A stretch of 64,000 nt of DNA. Origin: Haliotis cracherodii. Taxonomy: Eukaryota. The DNA is taken from positions 992,001 through 1,056,000 of the forward strand of contig NW_027266275.1 of assembly GCF_022045235.1 (NCBI RefSeq), in the 5' to 3' direction. Positions 14,309 through 27,500 of the stretch are shown here, in pieces. Every line of letters begins with the position of its first letter. The first letter of the stretch is position 1. The notes under the pieces were generated by a model that did not search any database, was not told the origin of the DNA, and saw only the letters and a list, made by a program, of their open reading frames with translations. A program made the position numbers and the translations under genes.

Positions 14309-16212
14309 TACCACTGTGGGTCAGACTGTGAGGTCACTAGATGGCGCCACCTCACTGTTGTACCACTGTGGGTCGGACTGTGAGGTCACTAGATGGCGCC
14401 ACCTCACTGTTGTACCACTTTGGGTCGGACTGTGAGGTCACTAGATGGCGCCACCTCACTGTTGTACCACTGTGGGTCGGACTGTGAGGTCACTAGATGG
14501 TGCCACCTCACTGTTGTAGGGTGGGTCAGACTGTGAGGTCACTAGATGGCGCTACCTCACTGTTGTACCACTGTGGGTCGGACTGTGAGGTCACTAGATG
14601 GTGCCACCTCACTGTTGTAGGGTGGGTCAGACTGTGAGGTCACTAGATGGTGTCACTTTACTGTTGTAGCGTGGGTCGGACTGAGGTCACTAGATGGTGC
14701 CACCTCACTGTTGTACCACTGTGGGTCAGACTGTGAGGTCACTAGATGGCGCCACCTCACTGTTGTACCACTGTGGGTCGGACTGTGAGGTCACTAGATG
14801 GCGCCACCTCACTGTTGTACCACTTTGGGTCGGACTGTGAGGTCACTAGATGGCGCCACCTCACTGTTGTACCACTGTGGGTCAGACTGTGAGGTCACTA
14901 GATGGCGCCACCTCACTGTTGTAGCGTGGGTCGGGCTGTGAGGTCACCAGATGGCGCCGGCTCACTGTTGTACCACTGTGGGTCAGACTGTGAGGTCACT
15001 AGATGGCGCTACCTCACTGTTGTACCACTGTGGGTCGGACTGTGAGGTCACTAGATGGTGCCACCTCACTGTTGTAGGGTGGGTCAGACTGTGAGGTCAC
15101 TAGATGGTGTCACTTTACTGTTGTAGCGTGGGTCGGACTGAGGTCACTAGATGGTGCCACCTCACTGTTGTAGGGTGGGTCAGACTGTGAGGTCACTAGA
15201 TGGTGTCACTTTACTGTTGTCGCGTGGGTCGGACTGAGGTCACTAGATGGTGTCACCTTACTGTTGTAGGGTGGGTCGGGCTGTGAAGTCACTAGATGGT
15301 GTCACTTTACTGTTGTAGCGTGGGTCGGACTGAGGTCACTAGATGGTGTCACCTTACTGTTGTAGGGTGGGTCAGACTGTGAGGTCACTAGATGGCGCCA
15401 CCTCACTGTTGTACCACTGTGGGTCGGACTGTGAGGTCACTAGATGGTGCCACCTCACTGTTGTAGGGTGGGTCGGACTGTGAGGTCACTAGATGGTGTC
15501 ACTTTACTGTTGTAGCGTGGGTCGGACTGAGGTCACTAGATGGTGCCACCTCACTGTTGTAGGGTGGGTCGGACTGTGTGGTCACTAGATGGTGCCACCT
15601 CACTGTTGTAGGGTGGTTCGGACTGTGAGGTCACTAGATGGTGTCACTTTACTGTTGTAGCGTGGGTCGGACTGAGGTCACTAGATGGTGCCACCTCACT
15701 GTTGTAGGGTGGGTCAGACTGTGAGGTCACTAGATGGTGTCACTTTACTGTTGTAGCGTGGGTCGGACTGAGGTCACTAGATGGTGTCACCTTACTGTTG
15801 TAGGGTGGGTCGGGCTGTGAGGTCACTAGATGGTGCCACCTCACTGTTGTAGGGTGGGTCGGACTGTGAGGTCACTAGATGGTGCCACCTTACTGTTGTA
15901 GCGTGGGTCGGACTGTGTGGTCACTAGATGGTGTCACCTCACTGTTGTAGCGTGGGTCGGACTGTGAGGTCACTAGATGGTGTCACCTTACTGTTGTAGG
16001 GTGGGTCGGGCTGTGAGGTCACTAGATGGTGCCACCTCACTGTTGTAGCGTGGGTCGGACTGTGTGGTCACTAGATGGTGTCACCTTACTGTTGTAGGGT
16101 GGGTCGGACTGTGAGGTCACTAGATGGTGCCACCTCACTGTTGTAGGTTGGGTCGGGCTGTGAGGTCACTAGATGGTGCCACCTCACTGTTGTAGGTTGG
16201 GTCGGGCTGTGA
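14309..16212. repeat. 47-52-bp minisatellite, ~38 copies, each with GGTCACTAGATGGYGYCAC
   Basis: direct tandem units. Confidence 0.95.
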
Positions 16213-16213
16213 G

Positions 16214-16425
16214 GTACGGTATTCTGCCATGTGTCTCAGCAATGAAATACTGTATTCTGCCATGTGTCTCAGCAATGACGTACGGTATTCTGCCATGTGT
16301 CTCAGCAATGAAGTACTGTACTCTGCCATATGTCGCAGCAATGACGTACTGTATTCTGCCATGTGTCTCAGCAATTAGGTACTGTACTCTGCCATGTGTC
16401 GCAGCAATGACGTACGGTATCCTGC
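16214..16425. repeat. 33-bp minisatellite, ~6 copies
   Basis: GTACTGTATTCTGCCATGTGTCTCAGCAATGAC. Confidence 0.9.
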
Positions 16426-16646
16426 CACCTACTTGTGTATGTACACATAGAATGCTCAAGGGGTAGAGACTGGCATTCCTATTACATGATCTTATACAGA
16501 AAAATTCTTCTGGAATGTTATGCAGTTTGTTTCTGTTGTGTCTAGCCCTAGGGTGCACATTGAAGCCATACTAGTGGTGTTGTGGTATGTAAGCTATTAC
16601 ATCTTCTGAAGCAGAACCAGCGTGAAAACTGAAACAACACTTCATG

Positions 16647-16905
16647 TGTTTGTTTGTTTGTTTCTTTGTTCTTTAATGCCTCACTCAGCTATATGATGAC
16701 GATCTGTAAATAATCAAGTCAGGACCAGACATTCCAGTGATTGACATCATGAGCATCAATCTGCACAATTGGGATACGATGACATGCATCAACCAATTAA
16801 GCAAGACCACCAAATCCCGTTAGTCGCCTCTTACGACAAGCAAAGTCACCTTTTACCCCAAGAATGGGTTGCTGAAGACCTATTCTAACCTGGATCTTCA
16901 TGATC
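16647..16905 (-). mobile_element. ~265-bp SINE-like retroposon with (AAAC)n tail
   Basis: homologous to copies at 39555, 58644 and 62062 (GTCGTAAGAGGCGACTAACGGGAT, ATCACTGGA..TGTC core). Confidence 0.8.
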
Positions 16906-17617
16906 CATTAATGTGAAGGAGAGTGCAGCATTTTGCTTTGAGACTTCATTAGACTGATCTTGTATCCGCCTGTGCATGGGCGTGGCCAGGGACGTGGACG
17001 TGTAATCACATTTTTATTATCATAAACATGTATCATGTAGACAAAATTGTTCCATTTTCACACACAAATTCAATCAGTGTAGGCCAGCAAGTTTGTGATT
17101 TTCAAAAGTTTCTCTTAACTTAATTTGGATCTTTTTCCCTAGCAGTCCTGCTGTCCTTGTGTAGTTGTTAGTGTTCCACACCATACTTTCTGCCCATCAG
17201 CAAAGGAATCGGGACAGACAACTGCAGGACAGGGACATGCACACGCTTCTCTCAACTCTTCTCACTCTTACTCCAAGCCTTGTTCCAAGGCTGTACTGAA
17301 AGATAGGTTCATGGATGTGTAGTAATTCTATTCTCCTAATAGGCAAGTCTGAGTTCTCCAGTCTCTTATAGGGGCAACTTGTTCTTATTATTTACATAAT
17401 GTAGAAATTATGATTTAAACTAATATTTATTGCTTGAGAGACTTCTGCAAGTCTACCTTTCTCTTAACAGAAATGCATCTCTTCAGGATTTTTATTTGAG
17501 AGATTGTACCAAAAACATTTGTAACATCATTGCTATTCTCCGTTCTACCTGACAGCATAAATTGAAACAATGTTTTTTTGTAAGTTTTTGATGATTCTGT
17601 CTGGAAGAAGTAACTAG

Positions 17618-18370
17618 AGTGGAAAGCATGCCTAGCTGATCAGCAGCTGTAGAGTGGAAGGAAGGCATGCCGAGCTGATCAGTAGTTGTAGAGTGGTAGG
17701 CATGCCGAGCTGATCAGCAGCTGTAGAGTGGTAGGCATGCCGTGCTGATCAGCAGCTGTAGAGTGGTAGGCATGCCGAGCTGATCAGCAGCTGTAGAGTG
17801 GAAGGTATGCCGTGCTGATCAGCAGCTGTAGAGTGGAAGGTATGCCGAGCTGATCAGCAGCTGTAGAGTGGAAGGTATGCCGAGCTGATCAGCAGCTGTA
17901 GAGAGGAAGGCATGCCGAGCTGATCAGCAGCTGTAGAGTGGAAGGTATGCCGAGCTGATCAGCGGCTGTATAATGGAAGGTATGCCGTGCTGATCAGCAG
18001 CTGTAGAGTGGAAGGCATGCCGTGCTGATCAGCAGCTGTAGAGTGGAAGGTATGCCAAGCTGATCAGCAGCTGTAGAGAGGAAGGCATGCCGTGCTGATC
18101 AGCAGCTGTATAATGGAAGGTATGCCGTGCTGATCAGCAGCTGTAGAGTGGAAGGCATGCCGTGCTGATCAGCAGCTGAAGAGTGGAAGGCATGCAGAGC
18201 TGATCAGCAACTGTAGAGTGGAAGGCATGCCAAGCTGATCAGCAGCTGTAGAGTGGAAGGCATGCCGAGCTGATCAGCAGCTGTAGAGTGGAAGGCATGC
18301 CGAGCTGATCAGCAGCTGTAGAGTGGAAGGCATGCCGAGCTTCAGCAACTGTAGAGTGGAAGGCATGCCG
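17618..18370. repeat. 35-bp minisatellite, ~21 copies
   Basis: GCTGATCAGCAGCTGTAGAGTGGAAGGCATGCCGA. Confidence 0.95.
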
Positions 18371-18468
18371 TGGGTCAGGACAGGTGTGAAGTGAGAAGAG
18401 ATCCTGTAGGAACCAGCCCCAGTGTCACTGAGTAATGGCTGCTGGAGTATTGACACACGTCCACAACT

Positions 18469-18942
18469 GCCCAGGTCCTGTGTGACCCCACCACATCAGC
18501 CCTGGGCCCACTTGCCCAAAGCGATCTTTGCGCTAAGATGATCGTAACTCCCATGCTTTAACATAGGCTTACAATAGTCGTAGCGTTAAGTGGGCCCAGG
18601 TCCTGTGTGAGACCCCACCACATCAGCCCAGGTCCTGTGTGAGACCCTGCCACAACAGCCCTGGTCCTGTGTGAGACCACACCACAACAGCCCAGGTCCT
18701 GTGTGAGACCCCGCCACAACAGCCCAGGTCCTGTGTGAGACCCCGCCACAACAGCCCAGGTCCTGTGTGAGACCCCGCCACAACAGCCCAGGTCCTGTGT
18801 GAGACCCCACCACAACAGCCCAGGTCCTGTGTGAGACCCCACCACAACAGCCCAGGTCCTGTGTGAGACCCCGCCACAACAGCCCAGGTCCTGTGTGAGA
18901 CCCCACCACAACAGCCCAGGTCCTGTGTGAGACCCCGCCACT
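18469..18942. repeat. 32-bp minisatellite, interrupted by a MITE
   Basis: CCCAGGTCCTGTGTGAGACCCCGCCACAACAG. Confidence 0.92.
18505..18596. mobile_element. MITE of the same family as 47149, opposite orientation, partly deleted
   Basis: GCGCTAAGATGATCGTAACTCCCATGCTTTAACA matches reverse complement of the 47149 copy; GGCCCACTT/AAGTGGGCC ends; CTG/CAG flanks. Confidence 0.8.
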
Positions 18943-21204
18943 GACATCAGTGAAATACTCCTCCACTTAGCTTCCTCTTCATCCGCCTGAATACAACTAT
19001 GGTTTTATGAGATGGCAAAGTGACGGCTAATTTGAGAAACTCATTTCAAGCCTCCTTCCTGCTGTTTCCAAGCTTCTAGTTTATTTTGGAAGCAGCATTT
19101 CTGTTGAATGATGTAGAGATAAACAGAAAGCAATGGGAGTGAGCCCGCCCCATGTTTTGACTGGGCAACTTATGTTTACTGTACAAGCAGTAATCAATTG
19201 CCCGGTTTAGCTACTCCATCCAGCTCATCTAGAGACATTGCCCCAGTGTCTGTGGAAGTCGTTTCTGCATCTTGTTTTGCTTCTTGTAGCTGACAGTTGT
19301 TTCAGCTGACAACTGGAAACAACAGGCATGTTTTATGCAATTCAGTCTTTGTGATCTGACACAATTAATTCAGTTGAATCAGCATCGCGTGATTCAAGAA
19401 GTTGAGGCAAATTGTGAAGAACTCTTTTCCTGACTACTCGATTTCTCTTTCAAGCATGAATAGAATTTCATAAATTAGTTTTTTCAGTTGATCAGTCACG
19501 GCGTCTCCTTCATTACAGTTGTAAAGTGATTGGTGTGGCCCCTGACCCCAGGGACCACCGCAAGGCCAAAACTGCTTCACTTCTTGTTTCACAGATTTGG
19601 TAAAAATATATGGCCAACACTTAAGGAATATCAAAATAAAGAAAACAATTTGTCAGGGTTAGTTTGATTTTGAGTTCCTAAATAGGTTCTTAATATAATA
19701 GTTTTCACAAAAGGATGAATTAAGAATGTTCAGGAAAACATATTTCCCATTAAACTTAGCACTTTGTTGTTGTTGCAAAACTTGGGGTCAGATCTGAACT
19801 AATTGTTGAATACTGGATATTTCTATTTGGAAGATTTATCAATTTCGACCAGTTTGAACAGTCTGAATGTAAATCATTGAAAGGATGTTAGAGTTCCTAA
19901 TGACAGCTCTGATTCCCACATTAACAGGCCATTCCTTGGTGAACAGCAACACCATCTGGTAGTTATATGTGTGGAAGCATCATCCATTGTGATGTTCCAA
20001 AGCTGGACAGACTTGTTGATCTAGGATGCCCTTTTCTGTGAGCCTGTCTCAGCATTGTTCCCTCACAACTGGTGTTTGCTGAAGGAGTTGTCTTCAGGAA
20101 GGTCAGCCACTTGTGAGATCAAGCAGCTCCTCACCAGCAACAGATGGGCCCCTCCGTCACACTCCCATCACATGCTAAATCTTCAGAAGGAAGGATATGT
20201 TGAGTTCTCACCCAGTACATGCAGTGCTCCCAGTGATTTTTGTCTGGTCAGCTTTAAATCTACCCCCCCCATGATAGTCAGTTGTCATGGTAATGTTAGG
20301 TGATAATCCCTTGCCATGGTAACACCTGGTTATGGTTAGTTGTCAATACAGTTGTAGGAGATAATCAGTAACCATAGTAACAACAGGTTATAATCAGTTG
20401 TCATGACAGTATAGGGGTTAATCTGTTGTCATAGTACCTGTGCCCTTTTGTATTAGAACATGGTACTCTTTGTCGCCCGACCGTATACGAGAGTTTTACT
20501 GATTGATATATTGGAGCTATTTCAAATGCTGAGCTATCGAGGTGTCTCTGGCAGACAGGAATCAGGTAGAATGAAGATACCATAGTGCGGACCGTGAAGC
20601 TCTTGCATACACTGGCTGTGGAGGCAACAAATCCAACCCTTCTCAGGGGAGTATTTTTCTAGATTTATCGTATCAATTAAGCATGCCATCTGTAGCGAGT
20701 GGATGCTGGGCACAATGTCTGCCGGAACACCAAGTGCTCATTGGTTGTAACTGGTCTGTCAGCTTCCTGGTGTCCCTCAGCACTACCAAAATCACACACG
20801 ATGTTTCTATTGCAATCAATTACTGTTATTTCCAGGTAATTGTTTTATTAGATTAACTATGGCTGTTGGAGCAGGTTCTCAGGAAATTTAATTTAGCTGG
20901 GTGGCAAATAAGGTTAAGGTTTAAGTCATTCCGACCGTCTTTTGCATTATTCAGAGTTGAGATGTAATTTGTATGAAAGAAATTGCTGTTCGGATCATGC
21001 CATAGCAAGTCCAGATAAGAGGCATGATAAGGCACATTGACTGTATGAAATATATAATCCTATTTGGTCAGTGAACCAAGGAGAATACGTAACGAACTGA
21101 TGGACTATTAACATGGGATGTCAGTAAGCATCAGTGTACAGCCCACTTCACAGCTCTTTGTTATGTCAACCACAAATCTGCCTGGTACCCATGTCACAAC
21201 GGAC

Positions 21205-21320
21205 TGAGTGAGTATGGTCTTGCCACCATGGGCTTCACACAGTGTACCCATGTCGGGAATCGAACCCTGGTCTTCAGCGTGACCAACAAACACTTTTACC
21301 ACTAGGCTACCCGACCACCT
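21205..21320 (-). mobile_element. tRNA-derived SINE, same family as 6853, internally deleted
   Basis: minus strand GTAGCCTAGTGG...GGGTTCGATTCCCGACATGGGTACA...CCATACTCACTCA. Confidence 0.8.
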
Positions 21321-21432
21321 CTTTCACAGCTGAACTTCCATGTGAGATTAATGGAAAAAAATATGTAGTTTTCTCTCTGAGCAAATTATGAAAGTATTCA
21401 GGTAGTACCGGATGTCTGATTTTGTTTTACAG

Positions 21433-21558
21433 GGAATGATACTGGAACCTACTTCGGCTGTTTCAAGGACAACCTGAACGACCGAGACCTGACGGGCACG
21501 TACAAGGAGTTGAATGATAACACCCCAAACAACTGCATGAACTACTGTCTGAAGGCAG
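21433..21558 (+). CDS. oxt: xylosyltransferase exon A (first half of WSC domain: [41 protein letters not shown])
   Basis: ttttacag acceptor, G|GTAAGT donor, YxGCF..D and CxxxC WSC pattern; phase matches exon B; not in ORF track. Confidence 0.9.
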
Positions 21559-24500
21559 GTAAGTACACCAACAACACTCCATCACATGCTGGCTGAAGGC
21601 AGGTAAGTACACCAACAACACTGCATCACATGCTGGCTGAAGGCAGGTAAGTACACCATCAACACTGTATCACATGCTGGCTGAAGGCAGGTAAGTACAC
21701 CAACAACACTGCATCACATGCTGGCTGAAGGCAGGTAAGTACACCAACAACACTGCATCACATGCTGGCTGAAGGCAGGTAAGTACACCATCAACACTGC
21801 ATCACATGCTGGCTGAAGGCAGGTAAGTACACCAACAACACTGCATCACATGCTGGCTGAAGGCAGGTAAGTACACCAACAACACTGCATCACATGCTGG
21901 CTGAAGGCAGGTAAGTACACCAACAACACTGCATCACATGCTGGCTGAAGGCAGGTAAGTACACCATCAACACTGCATCACATGCTGGCTGAAGGCAGGT
22001 AAGTACACCAACAACACTGCATCACATGCTGGCTGAAGGCAGGTAAGTACACCAACAACACTGCATCACATGCTGGCTGAAGGCAGGTAAGTACACCAAC
22101 AACACTGCATCACATGCTGGCTGAAGGCAGGTAAGTACACCAACAACACTGCATCACATGCTGGCTGAAGGCAGGTAAGTACACCAACAACACTGCATCA
22201 CATGCTGGCTGAAGGCAGGTAAGTACACCAACAACACTGCATCACATGCTGGCTGAAGGCAGGTAAGTACACCAACAACACTGCATCACATGCTGGCTGA
22301 AGGCAGCTTCCGAAACGTTAAACAGAGGTGCAGTATGAGGTGCAGTATGTGAGAGCAGACTATGCCCTATGTGAAGTGTGTGGAGTTTGTGAGAGCAGAC
22401 TATGCCCTATGTGAAGTGTGTGGAGTTTGTGAGAGCAGACTATGCCCTATGTGAAGTGTGTGGAGTTTGTGAGAGCAGACTATGCCCTATGTGAAGTGTG
22501 TGGAGTTTGTGAGAGCAGACTATGCCCTATGTGAAGTGTGTGGAGTTTGTGAGAGCAGACTATGCCCTATGTGAAGTGTGTGGAGTTTGTGAGAGCAGAC
22601 TAGGCCCTATGTGAAGTGTGTGGGTGCAGACTATGCTCTAAGTTCAGCATGTGAAGTTTTTTGGAAGGCAATTCTCTTTGTGCAGTGATCTTTAGTTCCC
22701 CCCAAGATGGAGATGGAAACCAATCTGCATCGATCTACCTCACAAAGGTCCTGCTAACTACAACGTGGTCCTTCCTAGTGAGCTGTGCTCAGCTTTCACC
22801 TAGAGGTACATTTGTCTCCCCAGATGACTGGGATCTTGGTTCTCAACCTATAAGAAGGCATGACCCCGCAGTAATCTCCCCGCCAGGGAGCCTTTGATGC
22901 ATAGTCTGTGTTTAATGTAGCAAGGTTTTTGATTCATGCAAAAAACAAATCTAGTCAATATTCTCCATTACGTGTGGTGTTTGTCAGCCATAGCGTGTGA
23001 TCACAGGATAATGATCCACATTCACAGATATATACCATGTTTAATCAGGCAAATTAGTGACAGCACACTGCAGTGATGGGATGCGAAGGATTTCCTTCTT
23101 CATCAAAAGTCTGAAACAAATTTCCTCGCAAACTGTCTCCACTCTACTTCCCTGCATTGTTTTTTTATGTGCATTTGTGGTATTTAGATTATATCTCACA
23201 TAATTGTCTATTAATGTCTATTTCCTAGGAAAATGTAAAAATATGTGATGTTCTATCAACTTTTTCAAGTTGTAACAATCTCACAATGAGCTTAATGTCG
23301 GTGACATTATGTGTTAGTTTGATCTTCAACATGTATATCTCCGAGAGATCAGGTTTTATATTTGATGAACAATATCCGACAAACTTCCTCATTGAAACTT
23401 CCTGTTGGGATTCCTCATAAGGTTGTCCCCAGCTATCCATCAGCTAAAGCAGGATCAGGGTGTCCCCAGCTATCCATCAGCTAAAGCAGGGTCAGGGTGT
23501 CCCCAGCTATCCATCAGCTAAAGCAGGGTCAGGGTGTCCCCAGCTATCCATCAGCTAAAGCAGGGGTCAGGGTGTCCCCAGCTATCCATCAGCTAAAACA
23601 GGGTCAGGGTGTCCCCAGCTGTCCAACAGCTAAAGCGGGGGTCAGGGTGTCCCCAGCTATCCATCAGCTAAAGCGGGGTCAGGGTGTCCCCAGCTATCCA
23701 ACAGCTAAAGCGGGGTCATGGTGTCCCCAGCTATCCATCAGCTAAATCGGGGTCAGGGTGTCCCCAGCTATCCAACAGCTAAAGCGGGGTCAGGGTGTCC
23801 CCAGCTATCCATCAGCTAAAGCGGGGTCAGGGTGTCCCCAGCTATCTTTCAGCTAAAGCGGGGTCAGGGTGTCCCCAGCTATCCATCAGCTGAAGTGGGG
23901 TCAGGGTGTCCCCAGCTATCCATCAGCTAAAGCAGGGTCAGGGTGTCCCAAGCTCTCCATCAGCTAAAGCGGGGTCAGGGTGTCCCCAGCTGTCCAACAG
24001 CTAAAGCGGGGTCAGGGTGTCCCCAGCTATCCATCAGCTAAAGCGGGGTTCGGGTGTCCCCAGCTATCCAACAGCTAAAGCGGGATCAGGGTGTCCCCAG
24101 CTATCCATCAGCTAAAGCGGGGTCAGGGTGTCCCCAGCTATCCATCAGCTAAAGCAGGGTCAGGGTGTCCCCAGCTATCCATCAGCTAAAGTGGGGGTCA
24201 GGGTGTCCCCACTTGGCTCTGTGACTTAGGTAATTGAGTGTTAAATTGAATATTTACATTTCAAATGTGTACTAAGTCAAGAATTGTTTTTATTATATGC
24301 ACACACTTCGTTTATTTTACTTTTATTGGAATAAACTCTAACCAACTCCTAAAGCAGGACACAATAGTCTTGTGTTGACTCTGATTGGTAAGCTGTGTAG
24401 CCATGTAACAGATCATTTGAAATACTTAGATGTACAATAACTCTGATGTTGGCTGCAATGAGTTCGGTTCAGTCAATAATTGTGTTTAGTCAGCGCTCCT

Positions 24501-27500
24501 AGTGTTGTTCAAGTTTTTTATTCATCCCTGACATGTAAGAATACTGCATTGGTGTGCCAGTGGAATCTTATCTGTGTTAGACTGTGTTATGTTTGGGAAT
24601 GCATCTCAACACAAAAAAATATTTAATTGAGAGTACTTTTTTCTTTAACCTAGCCAGAATGCACTTCCAAATTCTGTTTTTTCCCTCATGTATTATTTAA
24701 AGAAAGTGTGGCAACATCTTTGAACAGAAAACCTGCCTAATAACAGCCTAGACAGTGTATTTAAGACTTCCTTAGTAGTGGGGCAAAAACAATCTTGGCA
24801 TGTGACAAGACTGTGGTCTCTATTGCGTGATTCACCTGTGTGGGAAAGGAGATAGAAGAGGTCCCTCTTCTCTATTGCGTGATTCACCTGTGTGAGGAAG
24901 GAGATAGACGAGGTCCCTCTTCTCTATTGCTTGTCTCACCAGTGTGAGGAAGGGGATAGACGAGGTCCCTCTTCTCTATTGCTTGTCTCAGCTGTATGAG
25001 GAAGGAGATAGACAAGGTCCCTCTTCTCTATTGCGTGATTCACCTGTGTGGGGAAGGAGATAGACAAGGTCCCTCTTCTCTATTCTGTGACTCACCTTTG
25101 TGAGGAAGGAGATAGATGAGATCTCTTTTCTCTAATGCTTGTCTCACCTGTGTGAGGAAGGAGATAGACGAGGTCCCTCTTCTCTATTGCTTTTCTCACC
25201 TGTGTGAGGAAGGAGATAGATGAGATCTTTTTTCTCTAATGCTTGTCTCACCCGTGTGAGGAAGGAGAAAGACAAGGTCCCTCTTCTCTATTGCGTGACT
25301 CACCTGTATGAGGAAGGGGAGAGACGAGGTCCCTCTTCTCTATTGCGTGACTCACCAGTGTGAGGAAGGAGATAGACGAGGTCCCTCTTCTCTATTGCTT
25401 GTCTCACCAGTGTGAGGAAGGAGATAATCGAGGTCCCTCTTCTCTATTGCTTGTCTCACCTGTGTTAGGTAGGAGATAGACAAGGTCCCTCTTCTCTATT
25501 GCGTGACTCACCTGTGTGAGGAAGGGGAGAGACGAGGTCCCTCTTCTCTATTGCGTGATTCACCAGTGTGAGGAAGGAGATAGACGAGGTCCCTCTTCTC
25601 TATTGCTTGTCTCACCAGTGTGAGGAAGGAGATAATCGAGGTCCCTCTTCTCTATTGCTTGTCTCACCTGTGTTAGGTAGGAGATAGACAAGGTCCCTCT
25701 TCTCTATTGCGTGACTCACCTGTGTGAGGAAGGGGAGAGACGAGGTCCCTCTTCTCTATTGCGTGATTCACCAGTGTGAGGAAGGAGATAGACGAGGTCC
25801 CTCTTCTCTATTGCTTGTCTCACCAGTGTGAGGAAGGAGATAATCGAGGTCCCTCTTCTCTATTGCTTGTCTCACCAGTGTGAGGAAGGGGATAGACGAT
25901 GTCCCTCTTCTCTATTGCTTGTCTCACCAGTGTCAGGAAGGGTATAGACGATGTCCCTCTTCTCTATTGCGTGACTCACCAGTGTGAGGAAGGGGATAGA
26001 CGAGGTCCCTCTTCTCTATTGCTTGTCTCACCTTTGTGAAGAAGGAGATAGACGAGGTCCCTCTTCTCTATTGCGTGATTCACCTGTGTGAGGAAGGAGA
26101 TAGACGAGGTCCCTCTTCTCTATTGCTTGTCTCAACTGTGTGGGGAAGGAGATAGATGAGGTCCCTCTTCTCTAATGCTTCTCTTACCTGTGTGAGGAAG
26201 GGGATAGACGATGTCCCTCTTCTCTATTGCTTGTCTCACTTGTGTGAGGAAGGAGATAGACGATGTCCCTCTTCTCTATTGCGTGATTCACCAGTGTGAG
26301 GAAGGGGATAGACGAGGTCCCTCGTCTCTATTGCTTGTCTCACCTGTGTGAGGAAGGAGATAGACGAGGTCCCTCTTCTCTATTGCTTGTCTTACCAGTG
26401 TGAGGAAGGACATAGACGAGGTCCCTCTTCTCTACTGCTTGTCTCACCTGTGTGAAGAAGGAGATAGACGAGGTCCCTCTTCTCTATTGCTTGTTTCACC
26501 TGTGTGAGGAAGGAGATAGGACGAGGTCCCCCTTCTCTATTGCTTGTCTCAACTGTGTGGGGAAGGAGATAGACGATGTCCCTCTTCTCCATTGCTTGTC
26601 TCACCTGTGTGAGGAAGGAGATAGACGAGGTCCCTCTTCTCCATCGCTTGTCTCACCTGTGTGAGGAAGGGGATAGACGATGTCCCCCTTCTCCATTGAT
26701 TGTCTCACCAGTGTGAGGAAGGAGATAGACGAGGTCCCTGTTCTCTATTGCTTGTCTCACCTGTGTGAGGAAGGAGATAGACGAGGTCCCTCTTCTCCAT
26801 TGCGTGACTCACCCTTGTGAGGAAGGAGATAGACGAGGTCGCTCTTCTCTAATGCTTGTCTCACCAGTGTGAGGAAGGAGATAGATGAGGTCCCTATTCT
26901 CTATTGCGTGAGTCACCTGTGTGAGGAAGGGGATAGACGAGGTCCCTCTTCTCTATTGCTTGTCTCACCAGTGTGAGGAAGGAGATAGACGAGGTCCCTC
27001 TTCTCTATTGCTTGTCTCACCTGTGTTAGGTAGGAGATAGACTTGGTCAATGTTCTCTATTGCTTGTCTCACCTGTGTGAGGAAGGGGATAGACTTGGTC
27101 TATGTTCTCTATTGTTGTGATGGTATCTTCATTGTCTCTTAGCCATAGAAGTATGGCTACAGGTGATTCCTTCATTATGATTTGCTCAAGGTTAGTTGTC
27201 CAATTGTATTCATTGTTTGCAAAGAGGTAGATAGCAATTTACCGTGATATCAATGTGACATGATAAAAATTTACTGTGATAACATTTTATTGCTTTAAAT
27301 AACTGATGATGCCATCGTCCATTGTTAACATCTTTCCAGCAGTTCACTAATGAGCTGACCACTTCTCCCACAGCTCATATTGAGACTAGCCTTCTCACAA
27401 CTCAAAATTATGGATTATTTTTGAAAATAAATACTTTCAGGACACATAATTTGCATTCCCTTGTGGCTCATAGATTATTCTCTGTATTCCTCCCCCTGCA

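Noticed and set aside
190-21432. N-terminal TM/stem exons of the xylosyltransferase
   Set aside because: No segment with a recognisable stem motif and splice sites found by eye; probably upstream of the window, though a short exon could have been missed.
21549-22306. CRISPR-like appearance of regular repeats (also 40401, 14309, 60470)
   Set aside because: Units are contiguous with no unique spacers, no cas genes, eukaryotic intron context.
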